DNA from: Asterias rubens
Taxonomy: Eukaryota
DNA length: 64,000 nt
NCBI RefSeq assembly: GCF_902459465.1
Contig: NC_047074.1
Span: 2,542,001-2,606,000 of the forward strand
Reading direction: 5' to 3'
The number at the start of each line of letters is the position of its first letter. Position 1 is the stretch's first letter. Positions 47,362 to 58,610 of the stretch are shown here, in pieces. The position numbers were made by a program, and so were the translations under genes. The notes beneath the pieces were generated by a model. It was not told the origin of the DNA. It ran no database searches and saw nothing but the letters and a program-made list of their open reading frames with translations.

Positions 47362-47783
47362 AGGAATCAGGTACTTTTTCAAAATGTCCACAGATATACA
47401 TTAAACTTAAAGGGTTTGAAGATAATGATAGTGGAAAGCTTCCCTTCAAATATTACAAACTAAGGTTGTGTAGTTTTTGAGAAATGAGTAAAGGAAGTCA
47501 CAAAATAATGTTTGTCTCATGAGCCCAAAATTATTTTAGCATGTAAAATCCCCTTAACCAGTTATGATATTATACCAAAACCATAGGATAACTGGTTAAT
47601 ACGTTTTTACATGCTAAAACTGAGACGAAAATTATTACTTTTACTCATTTCTCAAAAACTACAGCACCTCAGTAAGTAAAATTTCAAGGGAAGCTTTCTA
47701 TTATCATAATCTTCAAACTGTGTAAGTTTAATGTAAATCTGTGGACATTGTGTTTTTTGTTAGGAAAAAAGTACATATACCCT
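47362..47783. mobile_element. Intact Kolobok-like MITE, family AGGAATCAGGTACTTTTT
   Basis: TTAA|aggaatcaggtactttttc ... gaaaaaagtacatataccct|TTAA. Confidence 0.85.
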
Positions 47784-47787
47784 TTAA

Positions 47788-48268
47788 AGGCACTGTCGTC
47801 GATTTCACCAAACTCTTCCTAACTTAGGATTAATCTTAAGACTTAGTTACTCGTCCTAACTCGAGATAGGATTAATCCTAGCGTTTCGTGAAATCGGCTG
47901 CAGGACACCTTTGGTAATTACCAAAGACCAGTCTTCTCACTGTGTGTATCTCAACATGCATAAAATAACAAACCTGTAAAAATTTGAACTAAATTGTTGT
48001 CGTCCAAGTTGCGAGAGAATAATGGAAGGAAAAACACCCTTGTCGCACAAGTTATGTGCTTTCATTCAGAGTCTTGAACCTCGACTGAGGTCTCGAATTC
48101 AATTCAAATATTTTAATGAGAAAATACTTCTTTCTCAAAAACTACGTTACTTCAGAGAGAGCAGTTTCTCACAATGTTTTATACTATCAACAGCTCTCCA
48201 TCGCTCGTTACCAAGTGACATTTTATCCTAAAACATATTCCGTTAATTACCAAACGTGCCCAGTGCCT
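47788..48268. mobile_element. Kolobok-like MITE with a Harbinger-like MITE in its TIR
   Basis: TTAA|aggcaCTG[insert]CAGgacacctttggtaatt ... aattaccaaacgtgcccagtgcct. Confidence 0.85.
47796..47900. mobile_element. 105-bp Harbinger-like MITE (CWG TSD)
   Basis: 13-bp imperfect TIR tcgtcgatttcac / gtgaaatcggctg flanked by CTG and CAG; a shorter version of 60026-60196. Confidence 0.75.
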
Positions 48269-48709
48269 TTCAGATTCATGCTCCTCGCTCCCACATGCTT
48301 CCTCGTCCCCGGGCCAATTTACATCCGAAGCTCCTTAAGGTCCCACGTCAAACAATTCGGAGGTAAACAACCTCTCATACAATCTTGACTTATTGGTTTT
48401 TCTTGGAGAAGGGGGTTTTCATCCCGAGGGAGGACTGTCGAGAATAAAAATAAAGGAAGAAATCGAAGTTAGGATTTAGGCACAGTTTGAGATCAGTTTG
48501 GTGACATATCTGGGATAAGCAAACCTTCTCGACAATCAATCAAACACGGAAATAGATTCAAAATCGCATCTCAAAGTTTGAAGGTTCAAACCATAGAATG
48601 GTTCAACAGAGTTTGTACACTGCAAAAACTGGGCTAAATTTAAACACCATGGGAGTTAAAATTTATGATTTATTTTAAACCAATTACATTGGTGTTATTT
48701 TAATACCCT

Positions 48710-48815
48710 TGTTCGGTATCTATATAGTGACAACACATGATGTCAATTTTTACACCCCAGTTTGTTCGGTATCTATATTGTGACAACACATGATGTCAAT
48801 TTTTACACCCCAGTT
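48710..48815. repeat. 52-bp direct duplication inside a CACTGCAAAA-terminated element
   Basis: tgttcggtatctatat(a/t)gtgacaacacatgatgtcaatttttacaccccagtt occurs twice. Confidence 0.8.
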
Positions 48816-49454
48816 TTTAAATTGTATTTACACATTGCAAAACTATACTCCAACTGCTCCAGGTTTTTTCTTCTACTATGCTCGAAAACGGCCACATTTG
48901 ATGGACTAAATGTTTTTTAGGAAGTGTTTGTCGCCATTCCTGGAAGACCTTTGGAGTCATATCTTAGTATATTTTGTAGCCCAACTAGCCCAACAAAGTC
49001 CCTTTAACAAGTTTAATTTCGAACTGTCGTATAACGGCAACGGGTGCGTGCACTTTCCAGCAGCATAAGCCGTTATATTACCTTTCTTGTTTTTCTTAGT
49101 GCAGCGTTACGAGTCGTGGGATCAAACAGTTAGGTATCTTAAAGCCGTATTCCCTAACTATGCCAATTGGACATGAAATAAGCTGATTATATTCAACAGC
49201 AAATTGGCAGGCAACGCCATCATTACAAACGCGTATGCATCGATTGCCACCACCAGCCAAATACAAAAAGGTGTGACGTGTCCTCTTGTTTCCAAGGGAC
49301 AAAACGCAAAACTGCTCCAATTTCTTCGCGATTGAGCGCAGAATTTACAAGTTAGATTTCAAACTTATACAACGGGTGCATGCACTTTCGATCAGTGGTA
49401 TCTTTCTTTTGCAACGTACGAGTCATGCTGGGGGAAAACAGCTAAGTATTCTGA

Positions 49455-49690
49455 ACCCGTATTCACTCACTTCAAAGGTTTTACACTGACGTCTCAGGCG
49501 GAATACTTTCTGCCAACTGGACATGAAGAAAAGCTGATTGTATTCATGCAAGCGTACAATAGCAAATGGTTTACCCGTATTCACTCACTTCAAAGGTTTT
49601 ACACTGACGTCTCAGGCGGAATACTTTCTGCCAACTGGACATGAAGAAAAGCTGATTGTATTCATGCAAGCGTACAATAGGAAATGGTTT
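49455..49690. repeat. Recent 118-bp tandem duplication (1 mismatch)
   Basis: acccgtattcactcacttcaaagg...gcgtacaatag(c/g)aaatggttt at 49455 and 49573. Confidence 0.95.
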
Positions 49691-49991
49691 GCAAATGCGT
49701 TTATAAATCTTATAATATCTTATGAGTCTGACGTCATTTGAATAGGGTGCCCTCGCATGAGCTCATCGGCCAATTAGTGTGCGTTTTCCATTGGCTCATC
49801 ATTGTTTTATTTCTAAGATGGCGACGTGGTTGCGTCGTGCATCAGGTTCATTGAAGACTGTGGCTTCTGGTATAGATGAATTGCACATGACGTCATTCAC
49901 CATCTTTGATGTAAAACAATAGAAAAGAGCACACGTGTACGCGACTTTCTGCAAATGAAAGTCGGCTTTTCACGCGTGCACAACCCATTAA

Positions 49992-50544
49992 AGTCACCTG
50001 GAAGTGGTATTTTTTCAAAATAAAGCTTTTGCCACTAATATATGTGTTTTGATGAGTGGAATGTGAATAAACAGTTAACTAAGGTTTTAAAAAATCAGTT
50101 CTTATGTTATTTACAAATTTAAGAGTAGACCCCGACCCGAGAGGGCGCTGTTCGTGACGTCAATCGAGGCAGACTTTGCCTGTAATGCGTAGAGTAAACA
50201 CAATTGCAAAGTACATGTACAGACCAAGTTGTGAGGTTTTTTTTCCTTTTTTCGGCAATGCCGACCAGGTGTATTGCTGCTGAATGCAGAAAAACACTTT
50301 TTGAAACGTACCAACTCACGACTTGGACGTACATGTACTTTGCACGTGTGTTTACTATACGCATTGCAGGCAAAGTCTGCCTCGATTGACGTCACAAAAG
50401 GGGTAGGCGGAGTCAGCCCCCAAACAACTTTATATATTTTTTAAACATATAAATCGTGACAAAAAATTACTAAAAAAATTCTTTATTGTTCGTAAGCACA
50501 TACTATTATGTTTGAAGAAAAACAAATTATGTTTCCAGGTGACT
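49992..50544 (+). mobile_element. Kolobok-like deletion derivative retaining the start of a THAP-domain ORF
   Basis: TTAA|AGTCACCTGGAA ... TTCCAGGTGACT|TTAA; internal ATG at 50258 encodes MPTRCIAAEC (THAP N-terminus MPxxCxxxxC). Confidence 0.8.
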
Positions 50545-51644
50545 TTAAAGATGGCGAGCAATACAAGGGTTGTGTTAGCTAAAGAGAGGTAAGGTTATTT
50601 TTTTCAGCATCAAAATCATCCTCGAGTAACGACCCATGTTTATATACAAGTTGCATAAATGCCCATAAGTCTATACAAGTTAAGAGAAGTTAGTATGGAC
50701 TTCTTGTTTTTCAAAGTACAGCTATTTTCTTGGCAAAATCTTTCGGGCGTATGATTATGCAGTTGCTTACATTCACTCATGCCCCAGTTACGGAGAGTGG
50801 AATGGTTTCTCCGCTCACGTAAAACCCTTACTGGATTATGGATATAGAACAAGCTGCTTTTTGCACGGAGACTTATAGAATGCAATGCAAAGCCCACGGT
50901 GGTGGATTATTCAAACCTGCCTGCTCCTTTATACTGTCTTTGAGCTTGACAGTTTTAATGTTCGGAAGATAATGTTTGAACCTCTCTTTGCTTATGGTTT
51001 TACTGCATGTTAAGCATAGTTTCTCGAGAGTGACAACCGTAGATGATGTAAACAGACAACCAACCAATATTGCAACTACTCCCCCGCAATTACGGAAGGA
51101 TGTCGCAAGCATTATATTGAGCAGTTTATATACTCACACAAGGTACAACTACATTTGTTACTTCAAAATGAGATATAACAACTTGTGTTTGTTTTTATTG
51201 ATATTTTTAAAACAAATAAAACAAAATACCGTCGAGTTTGATTTTACACATCAGAGCTTTATTCCTATATTCCTGGCATTAACGCACGTTTGGGGAAAAC
51301 GGAAAGGCAAGTGGTATTTTGATCATGAGACAAATATTCAGGGCCAAAAATCATTCAGTTGAGTATCGAGTACATGTCTTCGAATAAATACAGATTATTT
51401 TTCAGTCAAGTATTGATGGACTTCGAGCTCTAAGTATCATACACTGTAAAAATCGTTCTTATTATTATTATTGTACAATAGTCAAGCACCATCAACCTCG
51501 AGTATACTCTGCGGTGCTTGATACTAAAATAAAAAGCAATTCAAGTAATTGACACCAACACTGGTAACGACTCTTAGAATGTATTAATTAAAAAAACATA
51601 AAAACATCGGTGAATAATGCATGGTTTGCAGGTACAGAGTGCAT

Positions 51645-51975
51645 TTAAAGGCCTTAGTTTTAATAACCATTCGATTGTTATAATCCTGCAGATTATAAAA
51701 AGGTGGTAGCAGATTTGAGTTATCGCCGAAAACCTGGATAGGTCATGTGCACGCTTGAAGAAAAATCCGTAATATGAACACGTTATTTGAAAAACATTTC
51801 TCAGATTGATTTTTTGTAAATCCTTTTTTTTTTTTTAACCACATTCATTCGAAGGGAATCGTTTCTCGAAGAGCATTACATTGCGAACGGCTCTACAATG
51901 CCTCTTATACCAAGTAAGTTTTTACGGTCAATTTTTCTTTTGGAGTAATCACTTTAGGTATACCTTCCCTTTCAA
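51645..51975. mobile_element. Degenerate Kolobok-like MITE (related fragment at 40090-40400)
   Basis: ttaaagg..tttgagttatcgccgaaaac..tttctcagat..accaagtaagtttt..tataccttcccttt. Confidence 0.55.
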
Positions 51976-54074
51976 AATATTAAATTATAGGATGTCCAAT
52001 ATCTCACGATAGCTATATCTGTGGTCATATTTACCCTTAGTACGTGTCAATTTATTTATCGTGCATGGTCATATTAAAATGTTTATTTCTCGGACCATGC
52101 ATGCAACAGACAATATTTACCTCTCACGTTAGCCTTATGGGTAAATTTGTGCTAGATTTATATCTGTGCATGATCTGTCACTCAGCATCTAACAGACTGC
52201 TCCCTAATTCTGCAGAAGACTAGAGGCATGGTTAGAAATCTATAAGATCTTTTGGAATTGCAACTGTCGTGATTTTGGCTTTAAGCAAAGAGTGAATCGC
52301 CAACCAAATGGCCATCCTCGGGGGCTTTTAGATTGTTTTCGTTAAGGGAAGATGTTTTTACTGAAGGGCCCGTTGGGCGATGAAAGGTACGCGCAGATTT
52401 GTTTTGTAGGTCAATATCCCGTTTGCAAATGAGTTTTGAAGTCAAATCATGTCACCAAGGGATTTGCCTTATTTGTTTTATAAAACTGAGCACTGGAATT
52501 GAAGTGGTATTGTTCCGGACTTATTGTGCTTTCAAGCCATTTCCCAACAGACGCGTTACACTAAAATTCGCAAACTGAACGAAGTGGTGTGGTTTTTCAG
52601 ATGTAATAATTTGATTCATAATTGTATTTTTTCTTATCGCCATCTATGCTATATTTTTGGCAGTTTCGCTCACTTCGTCATAAAAGATGTAAATGAGTTA
52701 TACCGAATCGGGTGTTAGAATGAAAAGGCTTCAATTTTGCATTCCCTCTTAACTGGTATTGTTTTATTCTATGGTATATGTAGTTGGATTCTACCAAAGG
52801 CAGAATGCTATAAACATATGCTATTTTATTATGTCACGTTAAGTTATCTCGCTCCTTGGTTCCTTTGTTTTAATGGCTGCACCTTGCAACACAGTGTGGC
52901 TGATTACATACAAGTACGTGTGTCGTTGATGTATATCTGTGCCGTTGAAAAACAGTACCGTGAATGCTGATCTGGCTAAAAATAGATTTGATCATTTTCG
53001 TTCAAAAAGACACAGCCTGGTAAGGAGCAATACGCATCCAAATGGCGCTGTCATTTATTAAAACGAATCCGAAATAAGTACACGCAGCGACAGCTAACCA
53101 AAGTCCCTTTCCTCTATTTTGTAAACATTTCCGTGGTCTGTTAATGTTTGAGGAAAACATCATTTTAATCATTACTTACAGGTAGACATGGAGTGACATA
53201 GAATGATTGCCGTTGAAATGACGAATAAGGAGGCTTGTGTGATGTTGACCCGCGATAATAATTAAATGAGAGGCCATTCTATTGGTCAGGCCGTGACAAG
53301 CAAAACATGTGTAACTAAGGCGACCGTGCAAATTCAGTTTGTTATTGACACAAGCACATTAGGTTGCATGTGAGATTAATGTGCATCATAATAAATTTAG
53401 CAGACAAAAATTTGAATATACACATTCTTAAAACATTATTGAGTTATCTTTCATAGGCAATGGATTGAGGCAGGAGAAAATACCTGACGGACATAAAAAC
53501 ATACCACACAAAAACAAGCCAGAAGCATACAAAGACCATGGATGAAAAATAGAACAAGTGGAGACAGCAAATTTAATCAAACCATCAAGTAAAATGCGGG
53601 GGGGAACTTTGAGTACCATTTGGAAGAGACTTTGTCATTAATTTTATTTTAATACTACATATTTATGCGGACTGGAAAACATCATGCAAGACCATTATAA
53701 AATAGACAACATTGAGACAGCAAACCAATTAATTCATCAACAAAATGAGAGAAGGGACATTTTCAGTTCCATTTGAATGGAGATTTCGTCTTTTCTTCTA
53801 AAACAGCATATTTCTGCTAACTGAAAAAAACTTACGCCTTTATGCCTACATTATTATCGGAAAATATCCATGTACTGCAAAATGTGCTTTATCAGCTTAA
53901 GACCATCACGTAGACCTGTTTGACTCAGACTGTCTATATGCTTATTTCTGTCACAGAATGACAACCCATGTCAAATCACTGCAGTTAAAAAATGCGTGGG
54001 CATGATGTGTATTTGAATAATTACCACTTCCTTGTCATTTACCTAGCCATTGAGCACTTACATATCCCCAAAGT

Positions 54075-54216
54075 TAGACTTGACTCAAGTCCCATTCCCG
54101 TGCCATCGACAGAAAACTATTGTTTTGTGATGCTCTCTGCATTTCCCAACCTGCTTTCTCGTTGGCGCAATATGCAAAATGGATCTCTCACACGAACGGA
54201 ACTTGAATCAAGACTA
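54075..54216. mobile_element. Academ-like MITE with a 9-10 bp TSD
   Basis: ccccaaagt|TAGACTTGACTCAAGT ... ACTTGAATCAAGACTA|cccccaaagt. Confidence 0.8.
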
Positions 54217-54279
54217 CCCCCAAAGTGTGGACTAGGTTCATGTATTGTTGCTACGCAATGGCACTGAGCTTTGTACTGC

Positions 54280-54325
54280 GTTGCGATTGGTCACTGCATT
54301 AGGGCAGAATGCGCCAATCAGAGAG
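54280..54325 (+). promoter_or_regulatory. Inverted CCAAT pair upstream of GPCR2 (putative promoter)
   Basis: gcgattggtc and gccaatcag, ~510-550 bp upstream of the ATG, a similar distance to the paralog. Confidence 0.35.
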
Positions 54326-54829
54326 TGCGATATCAAGCCATCCATCTCTCATGGGGAGTATTACATGCACGGTGTCTTGTATAGTTTCATTAAAGGACTA
54401 GAACATAATCCGCACAAGCTCGATCACTCCGTCCATACGTAGCAATCTTAAACCAATTTTGTCCGCGTAAAGTTTCACATCTTTCTTTCTCACACGTACA
54501 CCAAAGGGTGAGCTATGTTTTATTGTGTGACTCTACTTTCAACTTGAGCAGTGACATCGACAGTTTCGCACCCTATACCATGGAGTGACAAGAAATAATA
54601 CAAACATGGGTCAAGACGTCTTCGGCAAGTGAGTTTTATCAGAAATTGTGGCAATAATTATAGTTGCTATATCATGATCAATTTGTTTGTGGCTGGACAT
54701 TTTTAACTGATTGCTCTAACATGCTGCGGTGAGCTAACGTGAAAATTTTCAGAGTGGCGGTCTTTGGCAGTGTTTTCTAACACTTTCTTAGGAACAGAAT
54801 CGTCGCACAGTCGACTTTTGTGTGAGAAA

Positions 54830-55987
54830 ATGGAGCCCAACATCACCACTTTGAGTTTTTCGAACACTTCGCTCGCTACCATGACCCCAAGTGTGGAATT
54901 GTTCAAACAAGGTGAGATCCTGCTACCAATTATTCGTGGTACCTTTGGTGGGATCGGAATAATTGGTAACCTGTTAGTTTGCATCGTGGTGGCGCGCCTG
55001 TGGAGCACCAATAAACGCAACACGACCAATACCCTGATCGCAAATCAAGCTCTGATTGACTTATGTGCTTCGATCCTCCTTGTGGGCCTGACCATTACGG
55101 AACTCGCTGAAGTATCTCCTCCTGAAAACTACTTCTTCGGGCAGATTTTCTGTAAGTTCTGGTCTTCAAGATTCTGTCTATTCGCAGCGTTTGCGGCGTC
55201 CACGTTCAACCTGACTGAGATATCAATGGAACGCTATCTAGCCGTCATTCATCCTATTTATTACTCCATGAAATTCGCAAACACAACCATCGCTAAAATA
55301 TTGCCAATGATACCATGGCTACTTGGACCTTTGATGCAGTTCGTCGTTGCGATGTTGAGATACGATTTCATTCCGGAAACCACGCCGAAATCTTGCACAT
55401 ATGAGTCCAAACGCTACACCGATGCAATGGAGAAGATCTTTGGCATCATGGTTTTCCTTTGGGACTACTGCATCCCAGTGTCCATCATGACGTTCGCCTT
55501 CGTCAAAATAGTCATCAAATTCAAGCAGCAGAATTTGAAAGTTGCTTTGAGGCAGCCACTCCGCCCGCCCCAAGGGTCAACTGTCCCAACGATCTCCACT
55601 ATGAAAGCTCATCACAACTCGGTCACCGAAGTCGACCCACAAATCATGAATGCTGAAAACTCCTTAGCAGCGGCCGAAATAAACGAGCCGAGTTCCAGCA
55701 ATCAGCCAGCGCGCACCCAAGGCCAAAAATCGTCCAGCAACATCCAACGCAAAAATGTGACCAAAACACTATTTATTGTGTATGTCGTTTACGTCATTTG
55801 CTGGTCGCCCGACCAATGGGCGTTTCTTCAGTACAACCTTGGAGGGGAGCTTGATTTTGGGAGTACCTTCACTAACTTTGCCATTCTCATTGCTCAGTTG
55901 AACTCCTGTGTTAATCCGTTTATCTACGGTCTCCAATACAGACAGTACAGACAGGGTTTAATCAAACTGTTTAAGTGTCAACGATAA
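54830..55987 (+). CDS. Intronless class-A GPCR, paralog of 26128-27249, ~385 aa
   Basis: Same motifs (GN, ALIDL, ERY, CWSP, NPFIY). Probable start MEPNITT at 54830 with NIT/NTS sequons; AATAAA near 56058. Confidence 0.93.
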   Translation: MEPNITTLSFSNTSLATMTPSVELFKQGEILLPIIRGTFGGIGIIGNLLVCIVVARLWSTNKRNTTNTLIANQALIDLCASILLVGLTITELAEVSPPENYFFGQIFCKFWSSRFCLFAAFAASTFNLTEISMERYLAVIHPIYYSMKFANTTIAKILPMIPWLLGPLMQFVVAMLRYDFIPETTPKSCTYESKRYTDAMEKIFGIMVFLWDYCIPVSIMTFAFVKIVIKFKQQNLKVALRQPLRPPQGSTVPTISTMKAHHNSVTEVDPQIMNAENSLAAAEINEPSSSNQPARTQGQKSSSNIQRKNVTKTLFIVYVVYVICWSPDQWAFLQYNLGGELDFGSTFTNFAILIAQLNSCVNPFIYGLQYRQYRQGLIKLFKCQR

Positions 55988-56189
55988 CTTAACACGGAGA
56001 AAGTTCCACAACGACTCTTGAACTATGGAATTTGAGGCATTGTATGGTGAGATATCAATAAACACCTCTTGAACTACAACATTGATTCGAGGTATAAGGG
56101 GCCATCCCGTCTTGATTTAGGTTTAACAAACTGTTATATTTAAGAGATGTTTAATTTGTATCAGGGACAACACATTTTAATTGTGGTGT

Positions 56190-56580
56190 TAACCTAGGTT
56201 AAACCGATGTGTGTTAGCACTGAATACCCAGTACTTTCCCGAGTTCTGCGAAAACAACCACCTGCATATTCCTCGGGTGGGATTCGAACTCACGACCTTT
56301 GCGATTCTAGAGCAGTGTAATGCCAACTAGACCACCGAGATTGCCCGGTAGCTAGAGGTGTAAAAGGGTAAAACCAAATTAATATATGTTATTTTAGGGG
56401 AGTAATGATGTAATTTCTTTGTTTTTTATCCTTACACCGATGTGTATTAAGTATTGCAAACTACTTTTCCCGGGTCCTATGAAAAAATCAACAGGCAAAT
56501 CACTCGAGTGGGTTCGAACCCACGACCTTTGCATTGCTCTAGAGCAAATGTAGGACAACAAACCACCGCTGGCTAGAGGC
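56190..56580 (-). mobile_element. Two adjacent copies of the TIR/tRNA-like family
   Basis: Minus strand ctcggtggtctagttgg..ctctagaatcgcaaaggtcgtgagttcgaatcccacccgag, plus a second diverged copy at 56420-56580. Confidence 0.65.
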
Positions 56581-56661
56581 AGTCTGAATTCTATGCTGCT
56601 TACAAATATCGGTTTAGATTTAATACTATGTTGTTTTAACCCATTCACCAATGTTTATTAA

Positions 56662-57028
56662 AGGGAGGGACACGTTTGGTAATTACTCAAAACAAATTTT
56701 AACTTGGTATACTGACTTGGTAACGAGCATTGGAGAGCTGTTGATAGTATAAAACATTGTGGAAAACGACTCCCTCTGAAGTAACGTAGTTTTTTAGAAA
56801 GAGGTTATTTCTCACTAAAACATTAAAGACTTCTAGCCAGAAGTCTTTTAGTGCTATCTGAAAGCACACAAATTCGCCCAACCAGGGTGTTTTTTCTTTC
56901 ATTATTATATTGCAACTTCGATTACCAGTTGCGCTCAAATTTCCACAGTCTTGTTGTTTTATGCATATGTTGAGATACACCAAGTGAGAACACTGGTCTT
57001 TGACAATTACCAATAGTGTCCAGTCTCT
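56662..57028. mobile_element. Kolobok-like MITE
   Basis: TTAA|agggagggacacgtttggtaatt ... aattaccaatagtgtccagtctct|TTAA. Confidence 0.85.
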
Positions 57029-57159
57029 TTAAGCACTTTATATTATTCAGTATATATTTTCCCAAGTTCTGTGATCAAAGTCGTTCTGTTCGAACCCACA
57101 ACCTTGGCATTGCTGCATAGAGCAGTTGTCTTACCGCTTTATCCCACCGAACAACCAAT

Positions 57160-57370
57160 TGGCTATATAGAAGAGTTTGCGGTAACACCATGTAATAATC
57201 TCTAAAGAAGACGATCTCCAGAAGAAGATCAGAGCATACTGATCGAAACGTCGAGTTAAACCAACGGTTCTTTTCAGAACCACCCCAACTCATTTAGAGA
57301 TTATTACAGGTGTTACCGCAAACTCTTCTATATCTTATCTCCACCATGCAAAGTTTGAAATCCTACCAGT
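57160..57370 (+). mobile_element. Penelope-like terminus with an inverted duplication and a hammerhead-like motif
   Basis: 57165-57207 is the reverse complement of 57294-57333; the body matches 10425-10565. Confidence 0.55.
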
Positions 57371-57733
57371 TGGCATAGAGACAGCTCGAATCCTTCTGCT
57401 AACAAATTATATTGAATTATTACTTTATTTTACCCTTACACCGATGTATAGTCTCCCTTGTTCATCTATTTTGATTTAGATTATGCATACAAAGAATATC
57501 AAAAAGGTTAGATAAGCGCATAGGGACCTCACGGTGATATGCGCTATATAAGAATGGTTTTATTATTATATGATTATTATTATATTAAAAGTCATGCAAC
57601 CGTATAGGCAAAGACAAATTGTACGGAGCTATAAACAGTTAAATATATTCGGTGGCCGTACCATAGCACCCATAAAGCCCATCATTCTATACTCGAATCA
57701 TGAATGGCTTGTGTCAATATTGTACGTACAGTG

Positions 57734-57874
57734 TAGACTTGATTCAACTCTAGTTCTCGTGCGAGACGTCCCTATATCCGCCGTCAAAATGTAGCTATTT
57801 TTTGGGAATGCAGAGCATCACAAACACAAAAGTTTTCTTGCAATGGCACGGGATTATGACTCGAGTCAAGGCTA
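57734..57874. mobile_element. Academ-like MITE (no clear TSD)
   Basis: tagacttgattcaac ... gactcgagtcaaggcta; interior similar to 23101-23301. Confidence 0.65.
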
Positions 57875-58610
57875 GATCTTTTAGCTTTTTTGAGGTATGG
57901 CGGACGTGACAGGAGTGTACTGCTTGGTTTAGGTGTATACTCACAAATTAATTTACCCAAACCTTATAGTGTTGTAGTATTGTGTCCGCCATATCTCAAA
58001 ATGGCTTATTGGGCAAGCCTTTCCCGGGTGTGATGCAGGTTTGCTTGCGTGCTTGCTTCGCTGCCTCGTTCCGAAAGTTCAACTCATTAAGCAATCTGTC
58101 ACTATGAACGTAAACGTGCATTTTATAAGTGATTTTTAACAGCAGAGTAGATTTAATAAAAAAATCATGTCTATAATGGTTTGCAAATTTTGTCTCTATT
58201 ATAATAAGAGATTTGTTGGCATTATTGATGTGTGTTTATTTTGCGAGGCAAATTACAGGCCTAACTTTTTATTGTTTCAATATGACTAATGAAATACGAG
58301 GCTTTATGGATTTCAAGAGGGGAACATTTTGAGTTATCTCATTTTATGTAATATCTAACTCTAGCAGTATACATTCTAAATGTGAGGGATTAAACAAAAG
58401 TGAATCCAAAGGATTGTAATTATAGGGACCAATCCATGTAATGATTTAAAAAATTAATCCCAAGCACTTAAAATGCAAATCTAAGTGATTTATTGTTAAA
58501 TCTTAAAATTATATATTGGTCCCTGATTACAAACCTTTGGATTGGGGAGGGCTGGGACATCTTGCGACATGAAGCCATTTTCGCATGCAATTATCAGGGG
58601 CGGGTACAAC

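Noticed and set aside
56275-56345. tRNA-like sequence with CTCTAGA at the anticodon-loop position (amber suppressor?)
   Set aside because: The anticodon stem does not pair, the copies are diverged and embedded in a repeat family; not a functional tRNA.
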